Shown here in pieces: positions 51,746 through 63,487 of a stretch of 64,000 nt of DNA. The position numbers and the translations under genes were made by a program. The number at the start of each line of letters is the position of its first letter. The stretch's first letter is position 1. The stretch is from Raillietiella orientalis (lineage: Eukaryota), in NCBI GenBank assembly GCA_036172245.1, contig JAYWIR010000053.1, positions 868,001 through 932,000 of the forward strand, given 5' to 3'. The notes under the pieces are model-generated. The model was not told where the DNA came from, searched no databases, and was given only the letters and a program-made list of their open reading frames with translations.

Positions 51746-52290
51746 GACAAAGTCTCCAGAGGCCAGCGTACCATGGATCGCTCTAACTTCCTGCTGGCGG
51801 TGCGAGAGGAAACCAGGCATATTGAAGGAAGTCTGTCTTCATCCCCTGGGTGAAAGCTCCGGCCCTCGGACTCTCTGGCTTCCTTTCCTCCCGATTCCTC
51901 TGATTCCGACCACGAGCTGGCCACCCCGTTCTTCTTTGTAAGCCACGATGACGACCATGCACGTACCAAAGGGCGGCTGGCTGGTGCTTCGGCGTGGGTG
52001 CATCGATAAGCTGCTTCCTCAGCACCATCGCTTCAGCAGAGCCAAGGACCACTTCCAAGACGGAGCCCAGGACCAACGATCTGACGTCAAAAGGTGGCGT
52101 GACGAAGGCGAGTCTCTTCCGCATCTCCTGGCAACCTCTTCCGCTTGCCCTGGTTCGCCGCGAATCGCAGGGTTCGAGAACGGATGTGGGATCGCTCCTG
52201 GACTGGTTCATGGAGCGGCTCCAGAGGGCGTTGCGAAGACAAACTCCCTTCTTGCTGTCACCACAGAAACCACGCTGACCTAGAGTTTCG

Positions 52291-52330
52291 GTTCACAGAC
52301 GCAGCGACCCAACTCGCTGCGTCTGTGAAC
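52291..52330. repeat. Perfect inverted repeat, 17-bp arms, 6-nt loop
   Basis: gttcacagacgcagcga-cccaac-tcgctgcgtctgtgaac. Confidence 0.97.
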
Positions 52331-53069
52331 TGCCACATGGAGCAGCTGGTAAGGTAAGGATGCTGCCGAGAGTGTCCCAGAGGGTCACCCCGAATCCCTA
52401 CCAGAGGGTGGGAATTCGGGGTGCATCAGCCTTCCCTAACCTCTCAGAAATCTTGTTGGCACTGAGATCACCTAGCTCCTCACAGTGTGACCATGCTGGA
52501 GTTTGCGGTACGAGGAGCGCTTCCTGGTCGAGTAGCCGTCGAAAGAGGAACCTTGGAGTAGCGATTCGCACAGCTGCCTTCCGCACAAGAGCGTTCTTTT
52601 TGCTCTGGCTGGAATGAACTTCCCGTGTCCCTTGCTCGGAAGGCAGCCCAAGGGTCGTAATTGCCTTTCTACCGAGCGCTCTGGGATTCTCTACACCGTT
52701 CACGTGACATGTCGGAAAGCACTTCAGTGACGGGTCACCCCTGCTGAGCAATGGACATCAGGCAGTGAGGAATGCGGAAAGCGGTATTGCATCGTCGGTC
52801 ACGATGGGTCATAGGGAGGCTCAGGAGTCGCGCTCTGGAAGTGCATCCCTTGTTGTCGGAGTCACGAGCTCCTGCTAGCGGCCCCATAGCAACAAGGATT
52901 GCTGGGAACGTCCCATACCGTTTCGCGGCTTCGTTGCTTTAGAGCCATAAGCTACAGAAGGTGCATGAGGCATCACTTTCCACCGTCACCGTCCACAGCC
53001 CTCCAAATGCCTTGTCAAATGTGCAGTAGACACTGGATACTTTTGCTGTTACGTGTTCCTGGGAAACTA

Positions 53070-54110
53070 TGAAGGAGTCTTCGGTTCGCAGCATTCTTCA
53101 TGTCTGGTACTTTTCTCGAAGGTCTTTACGGACAATTCCTTTGCAGTACACGAATGCCCACTCTTGTTCTGACTTTCGATGTATTTTGAGTTCACATGGA
53201 GAATCTCTGTTCCCTCCGTGAGAGCTGTGGTTACCGGGTGTCTACTCCGAGTCACCCAAGATCTCAGTCTCATTATCTTCATCAGGAAGCGCTCCTCCCA
53301 TGCTTCCCATCTCGGCTCCATTCTGCCAGGTATTTCTTTGAACCCATCTCTCTGGTTCCGGCCAGCGTTGCCCAAGAAACCTAAAATGCATGCCCTTAGC
53401 TTGCTAAGTCACTCTTCCTGGGGAACCAAGTTGCGGTCGCATCATTTGCTGGACTGCAATCCACACTCAACGTCGTCTCCGACTGCAATGAGCACCCTCC
53501 AGTAACATGAGTTGCAGGTGATTGGTTGGTTTCCATGAAGGGATCCTTCGAAAATTCTAGGAATCCGAGAGTCTTCTGCTCTTCTCTTGTCCTGCACGGC
53601 TAAAGAAAGCACCGGACACAAAGAACGGAGTATTCGATTTCCGTGTTGTGTCGTGGAACCAATCCAGTCTTCGACCACTGGGGGGAAAACGAAGTTCTTA
53701 TTTATAATTCGTGACTGGCACCCTCCTCAGCAATCACCTCCTGGAGTCATTTCTTCTGGGAGCCACCGTGCCCTATGGGAAAGTGATGGTTGCTGACTAG
53801 GTTGATTTCGATATGTTACACTGACCTTTCTTCTTTCCTAAAAAAATGATTACCTGTTTCTGGGCGTACTTGTCGAGTCAGCTCGTAGTTTAGAAATCGC
53901 TTCCTTTCTTGAATGAGATCTCTCAGACATACGCTGAAGAGAAATCGGAGAAAATTGAGGACAAAAGGCATGTGAGAAGCAACCATTCGAAAGAGGCTCC
54001 TCCCAGACATCTCACGGCGACAGGCTAAGCATTTGGGCAGCGAGTAAGGGTGAGGCCGCAGCTCATTCCAAAGGTAGTCAAAATATGCCTCAAGGAACAG
54101 GCAAGACAAG
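53070..54110 (-). mobile_element. Decayed L1 RT remnant
   Basis: FLEAYFDYLW, FLFSVCL, ECGLQSSK, WEERFL..MRL. Confidence 0.5.
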
Positions 54111-54129
54111 TTACAATACAGAACTGACG

Positions 54130-57100
54130 CGAATCGACTTTGGTCTCTTTAACAGGAACTGCGAAATCATGTTAAGAAAGAAATGCAAGAGAGATTCTTG
54201 GATGGACGTTTCATGGGAGCATTTCTGAGATCTCAATGTACCATTCCTTCAGCTTTTTAATGGGATTCCATGAAGGATTCGTATGTGACACTGGAAAAAC
54301 TACCAAGAAGCATTGCGTCAGTGTGTACAGCTACCAGCTCACACACAGTGGACGCACGAAAAGGTGCATTCAACAGCTATTTCGAAACGGGAATTCTTTA
54401 AGAAGCTCCACGGCTGCATACCGAGCTGCCCCACGTCCCATCAGCGAAGCAGCTGCCACAAGGACGGTTCTCTGACATTATTATTTTGGTATGCTCTGAC
54501 AAAATGCTGGTCTCATTTCAGTTGAGGTCATTTCCTGGTTTCGATGAAATTCTTTCTCTTTTGGGATAGGTGCCCAAAGAAAGGAGCCTGCATTCTTTTC
54601 AACTCCACCTTTTCTATGAGTTCTATGGAACTCCCACAAACTGAGGGCCTATTCTACTCCAACACGAAGATGCTGTTGCCAGGTGGGAATCTAAGACTCA
54701 AAAATTTTCGGCCCTGCAAACACGAACCGAGTTGAAGACGAAAAGCTTTGTGCAGTGGTCATAAGCTGCATGATAAGAAAATTTGCACTAAGTGGTGGGG
54801 TTTGCGTACAATTGCTCTAACAAGAATAATTACGATCCTAGGGGGTCAAGTGTTCCTGCCTTGGCGGAGATATCTCAAGAGATGAACAGATAGATCTCAG
54901 ACTGAAATAGTAGAGCTTAGGTCTTAGCTGTTTGTCTCTTCGCATCGGCAGAAAGAGTAAAGGGGTCTTGTGAAAGAAGAATTTTGTGCTGGTTCATTTT
55001 CTGAGGATGCAGAAGAATTCTCAATGTGGATTCTTCATGAACCTTTAAGCCTCACACTTTGGTGACATGAATAGCCTGAAATGTTTGTCTCGGTGAATCC
55101 CGCTAAAGAAGTCTCAAAGGTTTTCGGATGCAGAAGTGGAGATTGTGAGAGAAGTCACTGCAAAGGTACGTGACAAAAGGCTTCTTGACTGCGTGATGAA
55201 CCGAGCAGAAATAGAGAACTTTGAAATCCTCTCCAAGAGAATGGGATTGTGATCTCCATGGTTTCAGAGTCGCAGTCTGCAAGGAGCGCCCAAACGTGAA
55301 AGATTCCCTGAATAAAGAGACTATCTCTGAATGGGCCTGTAACACCTGCGGACAACTTTGATGGTAGGCAGCCTGTTTGAAGGGCTGCTAAGTGAAAAGA
55401 GAAGCCTTCACTAAGGCGCACAGAGGATAAGGTGAAAAGAAAAGGGATAGAAGAAATCATCCGTTCCAGCACTGCGACTGAGGAACAAGCCCTCTCGGAA
55501 GAAGTGAAAATCTCCCAGGGTGTTGGGAAGAGAGTTGCAAGGAAGACTAATGTGGTAATGGAACCAAGTGGAGAAAGGATCATCTCCACAAAATTCTTCC
55601 GCTAAGCTGCATTTTCTCAATACGACGTGGGACTGTTATGAATCGCATCCATTGGAATTGGTCTTTCGCTGTTGGCTTCGCGGAGGGCCGTGGACCATTC
55701 TGCAAACGGGAACGTCGACTGCTGTGATTTTTGGTGATCAGAGCTGCTACGGGAAGCAGGTGAAGAGAAACAGCTCCCAAAACCCACTCCTGAGACGGCC
55801 GGCGAGAACCAGCAGGATGAGGAATCAGCTGGCTGAGTTGCCCTCTCTCGAGGCGCCGTGGATCGAGCCTGGAGGAGGGGTTCCAGCTGCCAGTTCTCCA
55901 GGGGCATCCAGAGCCAAGAATAATTTTAGTTAGCATTACAAGACTAAGACGAGGAGATCTTGGACGAAATCGGATACAAGAATTCCTGTTATGGGGTTCC
56001 ATCTCTTCTCAGAGAGGTCCATTTCGTGCGGAGAATGTCTTCACTGTTAACTCCGTTCCTCTCTTCTCGAGATACGGAAGGTAGCACAAAGCGCTCCTCA
56101 GAATGCCCAAGGGAAATCGGAAGTGCAAGGCCGAGCTACACAGAGAGTTCAAAGGAACCAGTAAGAGTGATTTTCCGGTCATCTTCGATGACATCGGATC
56201 GGGCGGACTACTCTAAAAGTTTGCCGGGCTCTCTGAGAGTGCGGAACTCGGATCCCGGATGCTCTACTGCGCCTGGAATCTTCGAGAAGCAGCTCCAATA
56301 CGAGGGAGCAAATGCCATTTGCGTTTCGCGCCTCGTGTCAAATAAAGGACATGAAATCCTTGAGTGCCATGTAGAGAAGTCCAGGGGAGGGAAATGGGAC
56401 GGGAGGAACACATAACACTTGCCCCGAGACACTGTTTCCGAAGACCTTTCAATCAGAAATCTGGTTGTGGCTCGAGGCAGCATCAGAATTTGGTAGAGCA
56501 GCGAGAGATAAGATGGAAAAATAACTCGGCGTACTCTCCAGGATCGTTCCTAGAATACGATTCCGCGGAAACGGAGTGAGGTTCCGAAATTGCTATGACA
56601 ACTGGAACTCGCAAGCATCTTGAACGTGTTCATTATATGGAACACGTGCTTAGTAAGACCGCTAACAAGCAGCAGTACAAAGGAATGGAGACTTAAAATT
56701 TTAGTTGAAGGGGCCATTTCTGGAACAGGAAAAAGAGTTTATCCAGGCCAAAACATCACTTCCTACATGGACGTTCAGTGTGTGGACTCGAAAGACGGCG
56801 CAACTTGGCGGCTTCCAAGTCCTTGCCCAAGTTCTTGGCTTCGTTTTGATGTAGGGAGCAGAAAAAGGGCTGATCAGATCATTCAGGAAAGCTACATGTA
56901 GAAAAAGGACTGGCCATACAGTTCTCATGGTGTCCAGATTATCCAGGAAAGTCGCATCGACCCAGAGAAGGAAAAGCATGGTACTTTCTACACGAGTTCA
57001 ACGCACGGTCAGCGTGCATGCATGTTCTCCCCATAAAAGAGTGTAGACACTCAAGTCTATGGTACTAACGGATTACATGCAAATACAGGGAAGCTCCACC
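54130..57100 (+). mobile_element. Decayed L1 ORF2
   Basis: EILSKRM / MVSESQSA / ETISEWA / FTKAH / KISQGV / PSGERII / IQEFLLWG / CPREIG in colinear order across frames. Confidence 0.6.
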
Positions 57101-57959
57101 TACTTGGTATTTCTTAGGCAGCACCTAATAGATCCGAAAGTGATAACGGATTTCAAGTGCCGCCCAAACTGATATTCTACAGAAGCAAGTTACAGCGAGA
57201 CTGCAAAATCGGAGGTGATTCTCAATGGTGAATCCTTACCATACGAATGTTTTTGCTATGGAATTTCATGTGTGGAGGTTTTTCCTTCCGTGTTTGAGTG
57301 TGCACCGCCGACAGACGAGAAAGTCACGAGCATTACGGTTCAGAGATGAAGATTTGTTCTTCTATCATGCGTCTCTTCATCATATTGCCTGCAATCTTTC
57401 GAGGACAGACAGCCCTCAATCTCAGACTGAAGATTTGTCGGTGCTAACACTATCAGGCCTAACACTTTAGGTGATTTGCTTTCACTAAGAGTCAAAGTTA
57501 ACGTTTTATCAGATACAGACTCGACTATGATTCATGTGGAGGCGGAGAGGGCAAAGAGACATTTCTTCTTCCGCGTTGACAACCAGTCAGATAAGAGAAG
57601 GCGCTTCCGAATGAGTCAAGTGTTTGGAAACTCTGGAATGAACAGCTCCCTGCCAGGAGTATGCTGCAAATTATGACCAGTTCCCGTTGCGTGCTGAGGC
57701 GCCCGCAACTGAATCACGATGAGAGGATTCAAACCTTCATCACCAACAGGAAAACCTTTACTAAAGAATAAGGAATGGGTGATAAGAATAGATATTGCCT
57801 ACTGGTATGAGTTTTCATCAATTGAATTACATTCTCCCTCGTGTTGTTTTCAGATGACAGCGACTCCTTCGTAGACTCTCTCTATTCTAAAATTCATTAC
57901 GGGGCACGAAACAGGAATATACCAGAGATGTGTTCTGGTAAATCTAGTTGTGTTGAAAC

Positions 57960-58320
57960 ACCTCAGTTTAGAGTCCGAGTAGAACAATGATTTTACCAAT
58001 TTGAGCTGGTTCAGTGAATCTCCATGCCTACTCGTGACCTTCAGCTGACCGATACCTCACCGAAACCGGATAGCATGCACGAATTGGTGACCAAAGAATC
58101 TTAAGTGTTCCAATATGTCTGGTACACTCAACTCATCAATATGTCTAGTTCACGGTATCTGGTACAGCAATATGTCTGGTACTTCAATATGCCTTGTGCA
58201 CCTACACTAAGCTTTGGTACATCAATATGCCTGATTCATAGACGTCCACCTGTGGGATATCGGGTACACCAATTTCTAGACTTTGTAAGTGAATATCAGT
58301 AGTTTCAATGTACTAACGTT
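57960..58320. repeat. Dispersed repeat with 17-bp subrepeat array, copy 2
   Basis: Several GGTACATCAATATGTCT-like units at 58105-58275. Confidence 0.78.
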
Positions 58321-58395
58321 CTTTTGGCATTTCGAAATGTGTACACTTCTTGACTTCAATGGATGCAGTTTGAACTCACGCACCACATGCGATTT

Positions 58396-58443
58396 AGCAT
58401 AGAAAGGAAGTTCTCCCATACGACTGAACTTCCTTTCTATGCT
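58396..58443. repeat. Perfect inverted repeat, 18-bp arms, 12-nt loop
   Basis: agcatagaaaggaagttc-tcccatacgact-gaacttcctttctatgct. Confidence 0.97.
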
Positions 58444-58687
58444 TCAACTCAGGATGGGTCCTAGGTGTCTTCTGCTTCAACCTTTTCTTAGTAGCTTTCC
58501 TTTAGTGTGGTTTCCCCAAGTCCCACTAGGGGTGAGTGAATTTATTTTCTTTTACATTCATGCTACAATTTCATTCATACAAGTTACACAGAAAAACTTC
58601 ACTACACTTCACGAGTGTTCTCTTGAAGTCTATTTCTTTAGGTCTCTGAAAGTTCACCGCACTTATTCATCTGAACGTCGTTTGAGC

Positions 58688-61600
58688 CTAGATGCTGCCT
58701 TCAATCCTTCTCGGGATGTGACGGTAGTTCCAGGCCTGGACTCTTCCACAGTTCCTGACGCCGATCTCCTTCTGGATAAACCCTTTCAGGATGTCCATCG
58801 GAGATACGACAGTTCTGGTGGTCTTCATCTTTCACCACCGCACAAGAATGGCGGTGATGAAGAGGGCGATGGTCACTCTTGCCATTGGGTTATAGCAGGG
58901 AACAGTTCCAAGGGAACATCCTTGGAATATCCCTGCCAAGACCTCCATGGTCGAGTTATTGGGCAGCCCGATGACCCTTCTTAGGGTATACCAATCGGTT
59001 TGCAGTGTGGGGCAGATCAAAACGTGACGTCTAGTATCGATGCCACCACATGCTCTGCAGATTTATTCTTCCCTTTTGCCCGTGAAAAACTTCATTCTGG
59101 ATCCAGTCAGGATGCCTCCATGGTAAAACATAAAGAGGTTATCCTGAGTGTCCGGTGGCAGGTCACTCCTCCAGAGCACTGTCCAATCGTTAGTGGATTA
59201 AATCCACTGCTGGCGTGGCGGTCGGCGGCTTCTTGGGGGGCACTGGTGTCTTGTTCTTCGACTATTAGTCGGCGTATGTTGATCTTGGTTACCCTGGACC
59301 ACGCGAAGTCGTTATGGTTTTTCCACATTTCGCGTGTCCTGTGGGTGAAGCTGCCAGAGATCCTTCCGACGTAACGGAGCACCCTGTAATGGTGTAGGTA
59401 TCGCTGCTGTCTCCATGTCTCAATGGCTTTCCAAGTAACTCTGGACCGCTGGCGTATCCAGCTCCTCATGTCATCTTGCACGGGGAGCATCCACAGGATA
59501 ACCAGGATGGATTCCTCCTGCCGGAGTTCTTTGCTTTCCGGGATGATCTTGATTTGTTCTTTCCTTATTAGTTGCTGTTTTCTCCGCCATGTCGGGTCAA
59601 TGGTGGACCATTCGCCCACTCTGCCAAGCAACGCAGTCATCAGGCCTCTCGAGTTGTTCAACAACAGCGAGTACGCCCTGTGCGCTGCGTGCGGCCAATC
59701 GTCCCAGTTGGAAGACATGTCCAGGATTTGTCGCACGTCCATGATGTCCACGGCGTGTGCAGGCGATTTCATCCCGGTCCCACCTTCTTCCTTAGGGCGA
59801 TATAGTGGTTTGAGGCGTACTCTGGGTCGGTATCCTCCCCAAAGGGTTTTCCTCTGAAGCTTTTCCACCTCTCTCGTGGTATCTTTGAACATTCCGTAGG
59901 AGGCTGCTCCAAAGAGTATCTTCGGAAGGGATACTCCGTTCCAAAGATTAGCCCTCTTGTTCATGTTAAAGTTCGAGCGGGTTTATTTCGCTCCTTTCCC
60001 CAGGATTTGTTTCCACAGTAATTGGGATGCTGGTGCTTTGCCTATGTGGACACCCAGGTAATTCATTTGATCCACCGTGCGGAAACCTTCCTTTCTAAGA
60101 GTGGATACGTCTAGGATCCCGTTGGGTAAAAGCTGAATTTTTGGAGCATTGATTCTTAAGCCCATTTCTTGTTCCATGAGCTCCACCACATGCAGAAACC
60201 CTAGCTAATCTCTCTCTCCTTTTAGGAAGAAGAGAAGATCATCTGCGTAGGCTAGATGATTGAGCTTTTGTGTATCCACTGTTATTCCGTGAGGTATCCA
60301 CTTCTCTCGATGAGCGACGAGAAGGCCTCCATGTAGATGACAAACAGCATAGGACTCAGAGCATCGCCCTGGAGGACTCCGCGTTCCATCTGGATAGCTG
60401 TTGTCATTTCACCATTAATCTTGATGAGGAAATGTCGTTCTTCCAGTACCATCTTCACGAAGTTGCCGAAGTATTCCGGGAGGCCCAGTTTTCCTAGAAT
60501 CTCCAGCAGCATTTCGTGGTCCACCGTATCGAAAGCTTTCTCCGTGTCAGTGAAACCCAGTACCAAGTTCTCGCCGATATATCGGCTGAGACCAATGGTA
60601 GCCTGGGCACACTTGACATTGTCCGACATGTGGCGTTCGGGCACCGCACATGTCTGGACCGGAGAGATCAGCTTCGGCATGACCTTGCCTAAGCGGTTGG
60701 TCCAGATCTTCGCCAACCACTTGGCATCGGAGTTGAGGAACGAGATTGGCCTCCATTGGGTGACCTGCGTTAGTTCACCCCCTTTTGGCAGCAATCTCAT
60801 CCTACTCTCGTAGAAGGATTGTGGTAGTCGTCCTTTTTCCCTGATGCGTAGCGTCAGCTGGTGGAACAAACGCTGGTAGGCATGCAGGTACCGTTGATAG
60901 TGTGAGATGGGAACACTATCAGGGCCCGCTGCCACCTCCTTGCGAAGTTCTTTGAACGCAGCTTTCACTTCTTCCTCGGAGATTTCCTCTTTCAGCATCT
61001 TTCTATTCTTTTCATCAACTCTTCTTTCCAGATGTTTTAGAAAACTATGTTATTTTGGTAGGACTTGAACAGATGTCTGCGTCGGAATTGTTCCACGTAG
61101 TGCCTTTGGAAAGCTTCGGTGATATCCTCCGACAGGAGGCTTGGCTTGACCTTCGTACTGGATACAGGAGATATCTGTTGCCAGATTCTTCTTCTCCAGC
61201 ACGCCGACTTCTCCCTTGATGTTTTGGAAGACGTACCAACTCTCGTACTGTTAGCAGTACTTCGAGAGGGAGCGATCTCGGATGTTCAGCTCCCGGTACG
61301 TTTCCTGCCTCAATCTCTTGTCACCGAACTGCATGTTGCAGAAGAGGTGGACTCGGTGTTTCAGGCTATCCCAGTCGGCGACTCTGCTGATGGTGGCAGT
61401 CTGCAGAATCGCCTCTATAAGCTGTTGGTCGTAGGGTAGCGTTCCGAACCAGGCGGCATGCTGATGAACGCCGCCCTGAATGGCTTCCTTTGCCGAGGGT
61501 TTTCAGTTCTCAGGGAAAACCTCATCAACGGGTGGTGGGACATAGGGTTGGGCATGTCGCGAAACCCGAGGATGCGGTTCCCTATGTCGGAGCTGTAGAG

Positions 61601-62159
61601 GACGTGGTCAATCGGCTTGTGGCTGGCTGTTAGCCACAGCAGTCCGAACTCGTCGGACAGCCGTCGATACGCCGTCCTGCCTTTGAAGTCCCGGGAATAG
61701 ACGACTTCATCCGGGATGTTAAAATCCCCAATGATGATGACGATGTTCTTCGGTGCGACCTCCTGTCGGAGGGCTTCATGAAGTGCCTCCGCGCACCGGT
61801 GCTTGTGTTGGTGGGGTGCGTATACGTTCACCAGGAACAAGTGCACGTTCGCAGACCAGGACAACCGTACGGCGACAATTCTTCCAGGAACGGGGCAGAA
61901 GATTTCCAGGATGGTGAGGACGAGCTCGTTCTTGATTGCGATCGCCATGGTGTACGTCTGTCCCTCGCTGGTAAACAGTTTGTAATCGATTTCAATTCGA
62001 GGCTGATCTGCTGCCCCATCACGTGGGTTTCTTGCAGGCATACAATGTCGTAGTGCGCGATGGTTCGCGCAATCTTTTTCTTTTTGCCTGGTCGGTGAGT
62101 CCATTGATGTTCCAGGAGGCGATCTTGATTCTCCTGGTGGTAGACAAGGACGAGGCCAT
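58688..62159 (-). pseudogene. LINE ORF2: APE endonuclease + reverse transcriptase + zf-RVT/CCHC, broken by frameshifts and stops
   Basis: ATG at 62159 (MASSLSTTRRIKIASWNING). EN motifs CLQETH, NVYAP, IGDFN, IDHVL, SHHP. RT motifs GPDS, WRPISFLN, DTEKAFD, LQGDALSP, YADD (60238-60249), YLG, PKEEGGTG. C-terminal LWRSDLPP..HGGILTG..CRACGGIDTRRHVLIC. Split over ORFs 61828-62250, 61415-62104, 60282-60998, 59983-60189, 59107-59964, 58832-59020. Confidence 0.93.
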
Positions 62160-62168
62160 CAAGAGGAT

Positions 62169-62367
62169 TTATTTCTTGCCTTTTCTTAGCTTCTTCGGGG
62201 AGACCGTTGCAGCTTTCCCGATGAAAAAGCGGGCTTCTCGCTACCGGCATCGCTCTCCGTGCCGGTGAAGTCGGTGAGGTCTGTCTCCTCGGTCGAGCGC
62301 TCGACCTTGGCGACCGTCTTGCGCGGGAGGATCTCCAAGTTGACCATGGCGCAATGGTTCGTCTTTC
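62169..62367 (-). pseudogene. 3' end of LINE ORF1
   Basis: GC3-rich frame MVNLEILPRKTVAKVERSTEETDLTDF...; after one frameshift ..PKKLRKGKK-TAA ends 9 nt before the ORF2 ATG. Confidence 0.55.
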
Positions 62368-63487
62368 CTTTAGTGTGAAGCGAAACTTTCGAGCTTTCTA
62401 GCGCACTCCTCCTACGAGGTGGATTTTATTCCCTTGGATTTCACGTGGAATGCACTCAACTCTGCGAACGCCATAGGAACCGAATCTGCGATTGCTAATA
62501 ATTCTGCCTCCGTGACGCAGGACAAATGGTTTCCGCGAACTGACCTCAAGCAAAATCAACCATTTTTGGTATCACTTTATTTTATTTTCCGTGTTCCGAA
62601 ACCGCCCACTGGCATGTCGAAAACCGAATCTTTTCCTCGTGAAGGCACTCGCAGGAGTCACCCGACTTCGGGCACTGGACACCTGTGTTCCCTCTCTCCT
62701 GGAATTAGGCCGTGCTGCTCTTCCTCCATTGGGGATTCCGCGGCGGCACCGCGTCTCCGCGTAGGTTGCATCCCCGGAACCGTGCCTGCTGCGGGTCGAC
62801 GTAGTCGATCCGTCGATCTCGATCACCACGCACCTGGAACAGTTCGGGATCCCAGGGAAATGAGGTGTGGACGCTCTTAACACTGGAGGTCTCAGTGAGC
62901 AAAGAGTCAGACCTCTGTCTCCATTTCGGGAGCAGCACTGCGGCGTCCATAGTGAAATCAGGGACCACCAGTTCCCCGATAGTAGACAGACGAAGCAGTT
63001 GTCTCCATAGAAGCATTTTCTTGGCCGAAAACCGTATATAGTAGCTGTATCGCTTAGCTCTTTCGTCCTCAAAACGTCATGGAGTTTCGGGACTTTCGTA
63101 GTGGGACAGAAGGAACCACGCACACCCGGTTGGCCATCTTCATCGCTTGCCCTGAGTGCAAAAACACGCAGCATAGGATGTGACGTTCAGTCTGGATCAC
63201 TTACTGGAGTCCTACAGTGGCACCTTCAAGGGGATTCTTCTCAGACTCTTCAGGGCACTAAGCTCAAGCTCATTCGGAATCACTTACGGTCTTTACTCAG
63301 TTTACCACGGTCTCCTGCAGCCGCCAAGAGTTGAAGTTCCTGGTACAGGAGGAGATCCAGAGATGAAGCTGCAACATTCAGGCATTTTGCTTCAGAGAAT
63401 GCTGGAGATCACACTATAGAGCCCAGTGTAAGAGAAGCAGCACCACGTGCTTTCAATTCAAGAGGGAACACCGAAATGTTCCATCTT
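62368..63487 (-). mobile_element. Older L1 internal fragment (ORF1 tail + start of endonuclease)
   Basis: Nucleotide similarity to 43.8-44.25 kb (gaacatttcggtgttccctcttgaattgaaagcacgtggtgctgct vs gaacacttcggtgttcgtcctcgaactagaagcacaaggtgctgct); EN-like GCNLRG, CLHEEK, GGRII. Confidence 0.5.

Larger units (their letters stand above)
51600..53000 (+). mobile_element. Decayed L1 ORF1 acidic tail + EN remnant
   Basis: GAG/GAT-rich EENEYEHVEYDDDYEEEEE, then FAANRRVRERMWD. Confidence 0.35.
58535..62370 (-). mobile_element. L1/Tx1-type LINE (non-LTR retrotransposon), least decayed copy in the window but disabled
   Basis: Colinear EN-RT-zf-RVT/CCHC ORF2 preceded by an ORF1 tail; AATAAA on the minus strand at ~58541-58546 with no long poly(A) tail. 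Confidence 0.95.

Noticed and set aside
52270..52332. Helitron 3' end (hairpin near CTAG; also at 58.46 kb)
   Set aside because: Stems are longer than typical, CTAG is followed by G rather than T, and the two sites share no sequence
57200..57700. Gypsy integrase zinc-finger remnant
   Set aside because: Only vague resemblance; no HHCC or DDE residues recoverable
50000..58320. Paired LTRs of an 8-kb LTR retrotransposon
   Set aside because: No TG..CA ends, PBS, PPT or gag/pol; the interior is L1 debris in both orientations
62420..62650. RNase H remnant (TEAELLAI)
   Set aside because: Other frames give EN-start motifs (CNLRG, CLHEEK, GRII) directly after an ORF1 tail, which fits the order better
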